64,000 nucleotides of DNA from Eledone cirrhosa. Lineage: Eukaryota. The notes under the pieces are model-generated. The model worked only from the letters and a program-made list of their open reading frames with translations. It was not told where the DNA came from and searched no databases. Both the position numbers and the translations under genes were made by a program. The stretch lies in contig OZ024757.1 of assembly GCA_964016885.1 (NCBI GenBank), positions 23,436,001 to 23,500,000 on the forward strand, written 5' to 3'. This document shows positions 51,011-64,000 of the stretch, one piece after another. Each line of letters opens with the position of its first letter. Within the stretch, counting starts at the first letter, position 1.

Positions 51011-51072
51011 TCTAAAACCCTAAAATGTAAACACCATCCCGAGGCCAAGGTATTCCGTACTTCTCTGTACTG

Positions 51073-51126
<54 letters not shown>

Positions 51127-51546
51127 TAAAATAACAGATTAAAGTTTAAGCAAAGAATCGCTGCTTTGGATTTTAGTCTTCAATTTTATTATTATTATTA
51201 CTATATATATATATATATATATATAATTAAGTTAAAGTGTACATCTATATATGTATACGGAAGTATTAGTATGCATATAAATACACATATGTATACATAT
51301 GTACATGTACCGAGCTTTTCACTAGACACTTTACAGTGAGTGTCCAGCTAGTCTGTATGTAAACAGACGAACCGGGTTTTAGTGAAAAGCTCGGTACATG
51401 TACATATGTATACATATGTGTATTTATATGCATACTAATACTTCCGTATACATATTTAGATGTACACTTTAACTTAATTGTTTAAGCGTCAGTCATACAA
51501 AAGTGAGTTAGAAGCGAAACAAAATTTAATTTTGTTTCGTTATTCG

Positions 51547-51592
<46 letters not shown>

Positions 51593-51754
51593 TATATATA
51601 TATAATTATATATTCGTGTACACATATTTTTGGATACACAATAACAAAATATAAACAAACGTATTTATTTCACGAGGCTCGATAAGGATAAATATATATC
51701 AAATATATAAGAACCCTAGAGCAAATCCCGAGCAAGGCCAGGCCATTCTACTAG
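51011..51754 (+). mobile_element. Non-autonomous Helitron-like element inserted in a family C element
   Basis: A|TC start; GC-rich subterminal segment CCCGAGCAAGGCCAGG; CTAG|T end; host sequence resumes with TATTTATCTAAAAACCTTCCATC. Confidence 0.55.
51225..51479. repeat. 255-bp fold-back: 100-bp arms (1 mismatch) and a structured 55-bp spacer
   Basis: Arms 51225-51324 and 51380-51479. Confidence 0.95.
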
Positions 51755-52054
51755 TATTTATCTAAAAACCTTCCATCATAATTTTATAAAGAAGCTTTGT
51801 TAATTTATGTTCAAATGAGAAAGTTAAATTATTAAATCCTTGATAATTTTTTTAATTATTTGAAAATAATAGGCAGTTCTTTTGGCTTTTTTTATTCAAA
51901 ATCCTAGGCATTATCGTTTGTTAAAAATATGATAACGAAGGGGTAAAATCATTACTTATTGTGGCACCACCAGTGGAGGGGTTGTAATATCCTTGACACA
52001 ACTGAACGCTCCGTTCTATCTTTGTTGCTATGACTACTTTTTAATTTCTTGTTC

Positions 52055-52500
52055 GCTTTCTTTAATTTAGTATTCATGCCGACCCTTCCCTGTGGTCATG
52101 AATCTTGGGTAATGACTAGAAGAATACAATTCCAAATACAAGCAGAGTTCCTCCGAAGGGTCTCTGGAGTAACATTACTCGATGGAGTGCAAAGCTCAGA
52201 GATTAGAGGGTCACTCCAGGTAGAACCACTACTTTTCCGAATTGAGAGATCACAGCTCTGATACTAGAGTCATGTGGTTAGAATATCCCAGGAAAGAAAC
52301 ATTGGACAGAATTTGTGGGCAAAAATACCAGAGGTAGACCCTGAGCAAGATGGTTGGACAACATCCATGAGCTCAGGTAGTCTTGCTTGGACATCCAGTT
52401 GGGTCAATTGTAGCCAGTTGCTTCTGGTAAGACTTGCTGGAAGGTGTGTTTGAGGACTCTGCCCCCACAACCCACCCTTGAATATGTGGGTGAGGAAGAA
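52055..52500 (+). mobile_element. Expander/Rex3-like RTE LINE fragment
   Basis: FNLVFMPTLPCGHESWVMT...RIERSQL. Confidence 0.8.
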
Positions 52501-52786
52501 GTATTTAACCCTTTTGATACAAAACTGCCTGAAACAGAACTGGATTTATTATACAAAATTACTAATTTTATTATGTTTATCCTTATATTAAAACCTTCCA
52601 TCATAATTTCATTTTTTAAATGTTTGTTAAGTAATTCTCTAAATATCAGCTTACTAAAAAAAAGTTAGTTATTTTAAATTCCTCCAGAATTTTGCTTTTT
52701 AAAATCAGTTGAAAAAGAGTGATGAAAATGGTAATTGTTTCTACGTCTCTCTATCGATACTGCCAACCCACCAGTGATGAAGATAA

Positions 52787-53080
52787 TAATTGTTTCTACG
52801 TTTTGCACAAGGCCAGCAATTACCCAGTACATTACTGGTACTTTATTTTATCGACCCCCGTAAGGATGAAAGGTAAAGTTAACCTCGGCGGGATTTGAAC
52901 TCAGAATGGCAAGGACCGTAACTATGCGTCAAAGCATGGCGTCCGACCCTCTGCCGATACTGCCAACCCAGAAGATAATAATTATTTCTACTTTTGGCAC
53001 AAGGCCAGCAATTACCCAGTGCATTACTGGTACTTTATTTTATCGACCCCGTAAGGATGAAAGGCAAAGTTAACCTCGGC
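52787..53080 (-). mobile_element. SINE family A, one full and one partial copy
   Basis: Consensus match. Confidence 0.88.
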
Positions 53081-54819
53081 AGAAGATAATAATGATGATA
53101 GCACAGGCAAGACATTTCATTAGAAATTTAGTAATGAAAGAGTTAAAATCTAATTTGTAATGGTGACTTTGTCTCATTGTTCTTTCTGTCAAAACAAGTG
53201 TTGTTAATAACACACTGTAATAATTGGCAAAATATTTTACAGTATTGATCTTGAGGGCTATCATCCACCAAACAAAGAGCCAGCCAGCCAGTCACTCAAT
53301 CAACAAATTATATTTCCAATCACAGCTCATCACAAATATCTAGCAACAACAGACAAACCCCAGTCAGACAATAATCATGAAGATTTTCATAGCAAACAAA
53401 ATATTTCATGACAATCACACATGCTTTCAGGTTATTTAACAGATTATGAATGATAATAATGGAGAATTTTTACTTTCTATATTTATTTTTTGGTAATATT
53501 TTTTCGGGTGTTTGTATGCGAGTTTTTTTTTTGTTTTTTTTTTTTTTTAATTGTTGTATTTCCAATATAGATTCACAGAAAAACTGACCAGCAGGCAATA
53601 GACTTGTTGAATTCTGTTAAATAATGTTGAATAAAATTGTGTTTATAAAAAATTATTGAGGAGTTATACTTGAATGTCACTCCGTCATTCTGATCTCATC
53701 ATAAACTATAATTACATACAGATCTAACTCTCTGCTACTGTCAGTTAAATGGTGGTGGTGGTGGTGGTGTTGGTGTTGGTGTTGGTGGTGGTGGTGGTGG
53801 TGGTGGTGTTGGTGGTGGTGGTGGTGGTGTTGGTGTTGGTGGTGGTGGTGGTGAAGATGGTAGTGATGGTGGTGTTCATAATGGTGGTGGTGGTGGTGGT
53901 GGTGGTGAAGGTGATAGTGATGATGGTGATAATGGTGTAGTGATGATAATGATAACAATGGTTATAGTGGTGGTGGTGATGATGATGATGATGATGAGGA
54001 GGAGGAGGAAGGGGGAGGGGGGAGAGAGAGAGAGGTAGAGATGATAATGATGCTGTCAGGTTTTCTTAGCTATTCATTATATATATAAAGCCCCAGTCAA
54101 TGACAAAGTCAGCTCAATAAGACAAGAGAGAGTAACTCAACAGATTACTTGACCTTCCTCAAAGGCAGATCAGATTAGATCAGATTAATTGAACAGAACA
54201 ATTTCTGATAAGTTTTACTCTCATTTTTCTCAGTTCTTTTTATTATTTTTTCCTGCCTGTGTGTATTATGTGTGTGTGAGTATATTTGTGTGTGTGTATG
54301 TATGCAAGAGAGAGAGTATATTATATATGTATAGAGGTGTATAAGTGTTTATGTGTGTATGTATATGTCTATATATGTGATGTATGTGTGCATATGTATG
54401 TGTATGTGTGTGTATGTGTGTGTATATGAGCATGTATGTGTGTATATATATACTTGTATATATGTGTAATATATCTGTGTGTATGTGTATGTGTGTGTGT
54501 GTGTGTGTGTGTGTATGTACATATATGTATAGAGGTGTATGTGTATATATATATATGAGTATGTATATGTCTATGTGTGTGTATGTATATATATGTGTTT
54601 GTGTGTGCATATGTATATATCTGTGAATATGCATATGTGCATGTATATGTGTGTCTGTATGTGTATGTTTATTGTGTGGGTGTGAGTGTGTATGTATGCA
54701 TTTCTATCTTCTTTCCCAATTCAGTTCTAAATTTAACATGACTTACGTTTGATAAACTTTCAACTATGAATACAAACAGGTTCATTATAAAAGATTATGT
54801 TTCAAAATCACAAATCAAC

Positions 54820-55640
54820 TCGACAGAAGGTGATCTCCAACTTGCACTCGATAGGTTTGATTCTGAGTGCTGCAAAAACTGAGGCACTCGTCCTCTCAAG
54901 GAAGCCTGCACAGTGCACTCTACACTCCAATGAAGCAGGTAGGGAAGTTGAAGTATCTCAGGGCTGTGTTCATGAATAATGGAAGGCAGGAGGCTGAATT
55001 AAGTGCAAAAATTGCAGGAGCTGGTGCAGTAATGTGCCAGCTTCAGCATTCTGTAATCAGAAGAAGGGGGGTAGGTGTAAAAGTCAAACTCACTATCTTC
55101 AATTCGGTATTTGTGCCAACCCTTACCAAAGGTCATGAATCTTGGATAATGACTGATAGAATACAATTGCAAATACAAGCAGCCGAAATGGGGTTCCTCC
55201 AAAGTGTGTTTGGAGTAACATTACTCGATAGAGTGCATAGTTCAGAATTCAGAGAGTCACTCCAGGTAGAACCACCACTTCTCCAAATTGAGAGATCCCA
55301 GCCCCTATACTAGTGTCATGTGGTTAGAATGTCTCAGGAATGAATTGCTTGACCGATTATAAGGGCAAAAACCAACTAGCAAAAGACCCAAGGGTAGACC
55401 CCCCAAGCATGATGTTTGGATAACATCCATGAGCTTGGCTGGGGATCAAGCCAGATCAGTTGGAGACGGTTGCTTCTGACAGGACCCGCTGGAAGGAGTG
55501 TTTGAGGACTCTGCCCCCACAAACCTCGTAGGAATAAGTGGGTAAAGAAGAAGAGAGAAGAGAGATCAATATGGACAAAAGCAACTGGCAGGAAACCTAC
55601 AGGTAGACCCTGAGAAAGATGATTGGGTAACATCCATGAG
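54820..55640 (+). pseudogene. Expander/Rex3-like RTE LINE reverse transcriptase C-terminal remnant
   Basis: SAAKTEALVLSRK, KYLRAVF...FNSVFVPTLTKGHESWIMT...QAAEMGFL...IERSQ, with frameshifts and stops. Confidence 0.85.
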
Positions 55641-56073
55641 TTAGGAGTTCATGCTTTTGTTATTTACAGGCTCACCACTTTATTTTCCTTTTTTATAATT
55701 TAAATTCTAGAAACCTAAACAAATGGATAGAAAATACTAAAAGTAATATTTTTTAAATATATCTCAACTAATAGACATCGTGATATCCATGGAGTTATAG
55801 TGTACCCTATATCATCTTAATAATTTTTCTGTATATCATTTTTATTTTTTATATAGGGACTAATAAATTGCTTCCAGGGTAACTCTCTCTTGTCTTTCCG
55901 CTTTTCTTACGTTCTTTTATGCTCTCTACATCTCTTTCTACGGTTCTTCCTACTTCTCTGTCTCATCTCACTACCACCTGATTTTGTTACCCAGAGATTT
56001 ACCCATCTGCATTGTTCAGGCTTCCAAAACGACTATTTTATATATATATATATATATATATTTGTGTGTATGT

Positions 56074-56746
56074 ACAGAAGACTTGTGTAGATTAGAAAGA
56101 AATGAAGCTTGCATGCTCCGATTGATGTGTAATAGTAATATACACGAACGGCAAAGCATAAACGAATTGAGAGAGAGACTAAGCATAATAAGAATCAAAA
56201 TCTGTGTGCAGGAGACAAGATTACGTTGGTATGGACATGTGATGTGTATGAGGGATGGCAGCTGCATAAAAAGGTTCAGAGCGCTAAAGGTCAATGGAAG
56301 CCTTGGAGTGGGGGGACCCAAGAAGACCGGGAATGAGGTGATAAAAGCTGAACTTGCCCAATTGCACCTCACAAAGGTGATGACACAGGACCGAGACCTC
56401 TGGTGTTACGCTGTAATACAGAAGACCCGACTTCCCACAGGTACAAGCCAAAGCTGAAGCCTACCCACCTCCCACTCTAAAGTGGTCATATAGGCACCAT
56501 GGTAAGAAGCACCCAGTACACACTGTAAAGTGGTCGTGTAGGCACCACAGTAAAAAAGCACCCAGTACTCACTGTAAATGAGGTTGGTGTTAGAAAGGGC
56601 ATCCAGCTGTAGAAATCAAGCCAAAATCAGTTCCCGTATGAGCAAGACATGGTGACCTGACCTGGCATTGCCCACAACAGGACAACCCATCTAACCCATG
56701 TTAGCATGGAAGAATGGACGTAAAACGGTGATGATGATGATGATGA
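56074..56746 (+). mobile_element. RTE-a LINE 3' end, longest copy
   Basis: LERNEACMLRLMC...RLRWYGHVMCM...GGPKKT...DRDLW, 3'UTR, (GAT)n tail. Confidence 0.9.
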
Positions 56747-57156
56747 TAGGGAGGTATTTATGCATGGTGCCCTACACTATAGTCTGGTGTTTTAAATCAA
56801 GAGTGTTATATGGTTGTGTTTGTTTTTATTTGAACAGTAATGCAGACAACTAAACAACAATAAATATAAAAATAAATTTTACTAATTGGAATGAAATATT
56901 GATTTTATATCAACTGTTAAATTTGTATTTTTTAACTTTATGTTTTGTATGAATTACTTCATTAGAATATAGCAATAACTTTGTGTTTGTCTGTTGATAG
57001 GTACCAATTTTGGGCAAGATACAATGTTACAATAACATTTCAACATCTACAGCACTGGTCCATTAGTTGGTTTTAGCCTATTCTACTTTTTTGTAATCCG
57101 ATCTAAAAAGGTTATAGTGAGTGTGTGTGTCAGCATTATTAACCCTATTATTTGAA

Positions 57157-57275
57157 TCTGAGTTCAAATCCCGCCGAGGTTGACTTTGCCTTTCATCCTT
57201 ACGGGGTCGATAAAATAAAGTACCAGTAATGCACTGGGTAATTGCTGGCCTTGTGCCTAAAGTAGAAACAATTAT
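57157..57275 (+). mobile_element. 5'-truncated SINE family A
   Basis: B-box through tail; ATTATTAACCCTAT occurs on both sides. Confidence 0.87.
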
Positions 57276-57969
57276 TAACCCTATCATTTGAAGGCTGCCA
57301 CCTTACTCCTACCCTAATATGCCATTCGCCTCATGATCCAGGCTAACAGGATGAAGAAGACATTGCAGTCAAGGAGAGTACATGAACAGCCACTCCACCT
57401 CAAAGGGCTTGCACTTTCGAGTAGCTACCTCTGCTGCTATAGCAGTGAGCAGGGATGTGGTCTGAGGACCAAAAATACCAGAAATCTCCACTGTTACAGG
57501 CTCAACCACAAACTTATCAGAAAGTGGCCGATACTTTGACAGTTTGAACTCCTTTGAAGTAATTTTTTTAAATAATCGAGAATTTGAAGGGATTTAGTAA
57601 TGTAATTGATTTTATCATTATTAAGTTGGTGTCTGGAACATAACAAAGGGTCTTACATGAAATCATGGTGGAAGGTTTCGAGATAAATATAAACCCCTTA
57701 TAACAAATACACTAGGGCCTCAGAGAAATTAATAGAGATTATTTAACTGCAGGCTTTTTCTTTATTAACCCTTTCATTAGTATAGTGATAATAAAAACAC
57801 AACCTAAGATTTTCAAATAAGTCTTAAAATAATAAAAAAATTTGGAGGGCTTTAGTCATTTAACTAACATTCTCGTTATTAAGCTGGTGTTTGGAACATA
57901 ACTTAACCAAGGATATGACAGATTCATGTAGGAAGGTTTTTAGATAAATATAACCACATTAAACAAATA

Positions 57970-58232
57970 TCATCATCATCATCTGGTTTAACATCTTCCT
58001 TGTCACAAGCAATGGATGTTTCTGCAGAGTATTTGTTCCAGGGATAAGTTCTGGTTCAGGTTTTCAGATCATCCTTAATTACCTCTTCCCAGATCTTACA
58101 TGAGTGTCCCTTCCTTGTATACCTGGGGCCACAATCTTAGTACATCAATGTATCCACCTACTATCCAGGTCTTATGTGGTTGCCCCTTTCCCAATCTACT
58201 AGGGTTCACATGTCCAAACTAATGCAGTCTGT
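57970..58232 (-). mobile_element. Decayed RTE LINE 3' fragment
   Basis: Minus strand RLH*FGHV ... KIWEEVIKDDLK and (GAT)n tail. Confidence 0.6.
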
Positions 58233-59714
58233 ATGATCTTAAAACAGCATCATTAAATGAAGGACAATAGTTATTGAAAAGGTTTTTTTTCACAGACTTT
58301 ATGTGGGGTTCCATAGTCTTTTAAGTGCTTAGGACCCTAAAATTATTTCATCGAGCCCTGGATTTTCTGCTGGTTAGTCAGAGTTTTTGGACACAAAATT
58401 TTATTCTACCTAATCATTAGGTACCTAATCATTACAAACGAGATCATTTGAGAATGATAACCTGTAATACAAGACTCAGATCCTATCCAGTGGAAGATTT
58501 ATTTCTTAACAGTTCAATTCCTATTATGCTGGAACTAAGCACTGTCTCTTTAAAAGTCTCCTGAGTGATATATAACATTTATATTACATTCACATTTATC
58601 CTGGTTTATATAACAGCTTTTTAACAAAATTAGCATTGCGTTGGGGAAGAATATATATTCCCAATTTAAAGTTACGATTTACATTTAGAATAAAATTTAA
58701 AAACAAAATACAAACAAAAGCCTATAACTGAATCTCACAACAAAAATTCTCATTTCACAAAAAAACATTTCTGCCATTAGATAAAATGTATAAAACACAT
58801 AAACAGGTGTTTTTTAAAATCCACCACTTTATAAAATGTTGATAATTATTCCCATGTATAATTTCGCATGAATTTAGAATCTATGAGCTGAAGGTTTAGC
58901 AAGTGTCCATTAGAAGTAGACTCTAGTGTCAGTGAATAATATAACATCTATACAACATCTGATCCTTAAATATAAAAGAGAGAGAATATAAAAGATAGGC
59001 AGGCGTTTGGAGTAAAGAATCTTCTGCAAATATTAAGTGGTGGGCAGCAACTATATTATATTTTATTTATTTATATATATATATGTATATATATGTATAT
59101 ATATAATTTTTTTTTTTTTCAAGCTAAGAATCTTCTTCAATCAATTTTCACAAACCAAACATGAGAGAGAGAGTGTTTCTTCCTATCACATACCATTTCA
59201 GAAAATATTGACAGAAATAAGACAGGGCAAGTCAAAGCACGGTGGTTGCAAACAACAAGGAAAGAAAGAAAAAAAGGAAAGAAAAAAAGAAAGAAAAAAA
59301 GAAAAAAAGAAAGAAAAAAAGAAAGAAAAAAAAGAAAAAAAGAAAGAAAAAAAAGAAAGAAAAAAAGAAAAAAAGAAAGAAAAAGTAAAAAAGGAAGAAG
59401 AAAAAAAAGAGAAAGAAAAAAAAGAGAAAGAAAGTAACCAAGGAATAGATCGGACTGTGAGGAAATGATAAGAAAGAAAAAGGAAAAGGAAAAAAATGAG
59501 TAAATTTGGAAAAGGAAACGGAAAGAGTGGAGGGGGGGGGGGGGACAGGTAAGTAATAGATTTGAAAGAGGAAAGAGGGGAAGGGTGGGGTGTTAGGAGA
59601 AAGAAAAAGGAGAAATTTAAAGACATGGAAAAGGAAATGGAAAAAAATTGAAAAAACAGGAAAGGTGAGAGAAAAATTAAAGAATAGAAGAAATGTAAAT
59701 GAGATAAAAATTGA

Positions 59715-62200
59715 TAAAGAGGAAAGAGAGAGAGAATGGGATATGGTAGATTATGAGAGGAAAGAGAGAGAGAATGGGATATGGTAGATTATGAGAGGAA
59801 AGAGAGAGAGAATGGGATATGGTAGATTATGAGAGGAAAGAGAGAGAGAGAATGAGAGATGGTAAATTATGAGAGGAAAGAGAGAGAGAGAATGAGAGAT
59901 GGTAGATTATGAGAGGAAAGAGAGAGAGAATGAGAGATGGTAGATTATGAGAGGAAAGAGAGAGAGAGAATGGGATATGGTAGATTATGAGAGGAAAGAG
60001 AGAGAGAATGAGAGATGGTAGATTATGAGAGGAAAGAGAGAGAGAATGAGAGATGGTAGATTATGAGAGGAAAGAGAGAGAGGGAATGAGAGATGGTAGA
60101 TTATGAGAGGAAAGAGAGAGAGAATGGGATATGGTAGATTATGAGAGGAAAGAGAGAGAGAATGGGATATGGTAGATTATGAGAGGAAAGAGAGAGAGAA
60201 TGAGAGATGGTAGATTATGAGAGGAAAGAGAGAGAGAATGAGAGATGGTAGATTATGGGAGGAAAGAGAGAGAGAATGAGAGATGGTAGATTATGAGAGG
60301 AAAGAGAGAGAGAATGAGAGATGGTAGATTATGAGAGGAAAGAGAGAGAATGAGAGATGGTAGATTATGAGAGGAAAGAGAAAGAGAATGAGAGATGGTA
60401 GATTATGAGAGGAAAGAGAGAGAGAATGAGAGATGGCAGATTATGAGAGGAAAGAGAGAGAGAATGAGAGATGGTAGATTATGAAAGGAAAGAGAGAGAG
60501 AGAATGAGAGATGGTAGATTATGAGAGGAAAGAGAGAGAGAATGAGAGATGGTAGATTATGAGAGGAAAGAGAGAGAGAGAATGAGAGATGGTAGATTAT
60601 GAGAGGAAAGAGAGAGAGAATGAGAGATGGTAGATTATGGGAGGAAAGAGAGAGAGAATGAGAGATGGTAGGTTATGAGAGGAAAGAGAGAGAGAATGAG
60701 AGATGGTAGATTATGAGAGGAAAGAGAGAGAGAATGAGAGATGGTAGATTATGAGAGGAAAGAGAGAGAGAATGAGAGATGGTAGATTATGAGAGGAAAG
60801 AGAGAGAGAGAATGAGAGATGGCAGATTATGAGAGGAAAGAGAGAGAGAATGGGATATGGTAGATTATGAGAGATGGTAGATTATGAGAGGAAAGAGAGA
60901 GAGAATGAGAGATGGTAGATTATGAGAGGAAAGAGAGAGAGAATGGGATATGGTAGATTATGAGAGGAAAGAGAGAGAGGGAATGGGATATGGTAGATTA
61001 TGAGAGGAAAGAGAGAGAGGGAATGAGAGATGGTAGATTATGAGAGGAAAGAGAGAGAGAATGAGAGATGGTAGATTATGAGAGGAAAGAGAGAGAGAAT
61101 GAGAGATGGTAGATTATGAGAGGAAAGAGAGAGAGAATGAGAGATGGTAGATTATGAGAGGAAAGAGAGAGAGAATGGGATATGGTAGATTATGAGAGGA
61201 AAGAGAGAGAGAATGAGAGATGGTAGATTATGAGAGGAAAGAGAGAGAGAATGGGATATGGTAGATTATGAGAGGAAAGAGAGAGAGAATGGGATATGGT
61301 AGATTATGAGAGGAAAGAGAGAGAGAATGAGAGATGGTAGATTATGAGAGGAAAGAGAGAGAGAATGGGATATGGTAGATTATGAGAGGAAAGAGAGAGA
61401 GAATGAGAGATGGTAGATTATGAGAGGAAAGAGAGAGAGAATGGGATATGGTAGATTATGAGGAAAGAGAGAGAGAGAATGAGAGATGGTAGATTATGAG
61501 AGGAAAGAGAGAGAGAATGAGAGATGGTAGATTATGAGAGGAAAGAGAGAGAGAATGAGAGATGGTAGATTATGAGAGGAAAGAGAGAGAATGAGAGATG
61601 GTAGATTATGAGAGGAAAGAGAGAGAGAATGAGAGATGGTAGATTATGAGAGGAAAGAGAGAGAGAATGAGAGATGGTAGATTATGAGAGGAAAGAGAGA
61701 GAATGAGAGATGGCAGATTATGAGAGGAAAGAGAGAGAGAATGGGATATGGTAGATTATGAGAGGAAAGAGAGAGAGAATGAGAGATGGTAGATTATGAG
61801 AGGAAAGAGAGAGAGAATGAGAGATGGTAGATTATGAGAGGAAAGAGAGAGAGAATGAGAGATGGTAGATTATGAGAGGAAAGAGAGAGAGAGAATGAGA
61901 GATGGTAGATTATGAGAGGAAAGAGAGAGAGAATGAGAGATGGTAGATTATGAGAGGAAAGAAAGAGAGAATGAGAGATGGTAGATTATGAGAGGAAAGA
62001 GAGAGAGAATGAGAGATGGTAGATTATGAGAGGAAAGAGAGAGAGAATGAGAGATGGTAGATTATGAGAGGAAAGAGAGAGAGAATGAGAGATGGTAGAT
62101 TATGGGAGGAAAGAGAGAGAGAATGAGAGATGGTAGATTATGAGAGGAAAGAGAGAGAGAATGAGATGGTAGATTATGAGAGGAAAGATAGAGAGAATGA
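59715..62200 (+). repeat. ~38-bp purine-rich minisatellite, ~65 copies
   Basis: GAGAGGAAA(GA)nATGAGAGATGGTAGATTAT units. Confidence 0.97.
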
Positions 62201-62211
62201 AATAGATATGG

Positions 62212-62930
62212 TGACTAAAGGTAACAATCAGTGGTATATATGATAGCTAAAGGTAACAATCAGTGGTATATATGATGGCTAAAGGTAACAATCAGTGGTA
62301 TATATGATGGCTAAAGATAACAATCAGAGGTATATATGATGGCTAAAGGTAACAATCAGTGGTATATATGATAGCTAAAGGTAACAATCAGTGGTATATA
62401 TGATGGCTAAAGGTAACAATCAGTGGTATATATGATGGCTAAAGATAACAATCAGCGGTATATATCATGGCTAAAGGTAACAATCAGTGGTATATATGAT
62501 GGCTAAAGGAAACAATCAGTGGTATATATGATGGCTAAAGGTAACAATCAGCGGTATATATGATGACTAAAGGTAATAATCAGTGGTATATATGATGGCT
62601 AAAGGAAACAATCAGTGGTATATATGATGGCTAAAGGTAACAATCAGTGGTAAATATGATGACTAAAGGTAACAACCAGAGGTTAATATGAAGACTAAAG
62701 GTAACAATCAATGGTATATATGATGGCTAAAGGTAACAATCAGTGGTAAATATGATGACTAAAGGTAACAACCAGAGGTTAATATGAAGACTAAAGCTAA
62801 CAATCAATGGTATATATGATGGCTAAAGGTAACAATCAGTGGTAAATATGATGACTAAAGGTAACAACCAGAGGTTAATATGATGGCTAAAGGTAACAAT
62901 CAATGGTATATATGAAGACCAAAGGTTATA
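62212..62930 (+). repeat. 32-bp minisatellite, ~22 copies
   Basis: GCTAAAGGTAACAATCAGTGGTATATATGATG units. Confidence 0.96.
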
Positions 62931-63086
62931 GCGTGGACTGTGTGTTTTTTTTGTTGTGTGTTTTTTTTTGTTGTGACACCTACACGACCTCATTTATTTA
63001 GGACTGGATGTTGTGGTACCATAAAACAGTGATGATGATATATATATAGATAGATATAAGCAAGTTGGATCAAACTCACTGTTACA

Positions 63087-63211
63087 GCACATATATAAAC
63101 TTTATTGGCATATAACAATTGATTCAATATTGATCAGCTCAGAGTAAAATCATAATGACCAGGGCCCAAACCTTCCACGATATCTCATCAAATATGTGAG
63201 TTTATATGTGC
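63087..63211 (-). ncRNA. Decayed hammerhead-like motif
   Basis: CATAT-TTGATGA-GATAT...ATATT-GAAT-CAATTG-TT-ATATG with an extended outer stem; two core mismatches. Confidence 0.4.
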
Positions 63212-63300
63212 AAAGACACATTCAAACTCTGGAATACAATCTAACAAGAGATGGACGTTGCAACAGCAATGACTGCTTGGAACTGCAAACTGCCTGTAAC

Positions 63301-63841
<541 letters not shown>

Positions 63842-63905
63842 ACATATATATAGCAAAGATAAAACTAAATATATAAGGCTCAGTAGGGAATTATATATGA
63901 TTTAA

Positions 63906-64000
63906 CCCTTTAGCATTTAAACCGACCAGAACTAGCCAGAATTCTCTCACCTATTTCTGTTCAAACCGGCTGTAACTGGCTGCTCATACTGATGTTAAGG
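63906..64000 (+). mobile_element. Start of a TTAA-type MITE, running off the window
   Basis: TTAA|CCCTTTAGCATTTAAACC; homologous to 33421 onward. Confidence 0.75.

Noticed and set aside
59037-59468. Lys/Glu-rich 143-aa ORF
   Set aside because: Translation of (GAAA)n-type low-complexity sequence.

Overview
AT-rich, repeat-saturated eukaryotic non-coding DNA (large intron or intergenic). The SINE, LINE and microsatellite complement resembles octopod cephalopod genomes; this is recognition from memory, not a search result. No host protein-coding gene can be supported: nearly all listed ORFs are translations of microsatellites, minisatellites or retroelement remnants. The window contains: (i) two abundant tRNA-derived SINE families, one of them modular with swappable 3' tails; (ii) 5'-truncated RTE-clade and CR1-type LINE ends; (iii) DNA-transposon relics (an internally deleted Tc1/mariner with both TIRs, TTAA-type and pogo-type MITEs, a Helitron-like element); (iv) more than 15 tandem arrays. 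The most interesting signals are a cluster of type-I hammerhead-ribozyme motifs of the minimal Penelope/retrozyme kind at 35.7-37.9 kb (one with the compensatory U3-A8 core and a GUC site), a 255-bp branched palindrome inside the Helitron-like element, and three RFX X-box-like motifs spaced exactly 20 bp apart at 45.2 kb. Element boundaries were read by eye and are approximate unless motif coordinates are given.
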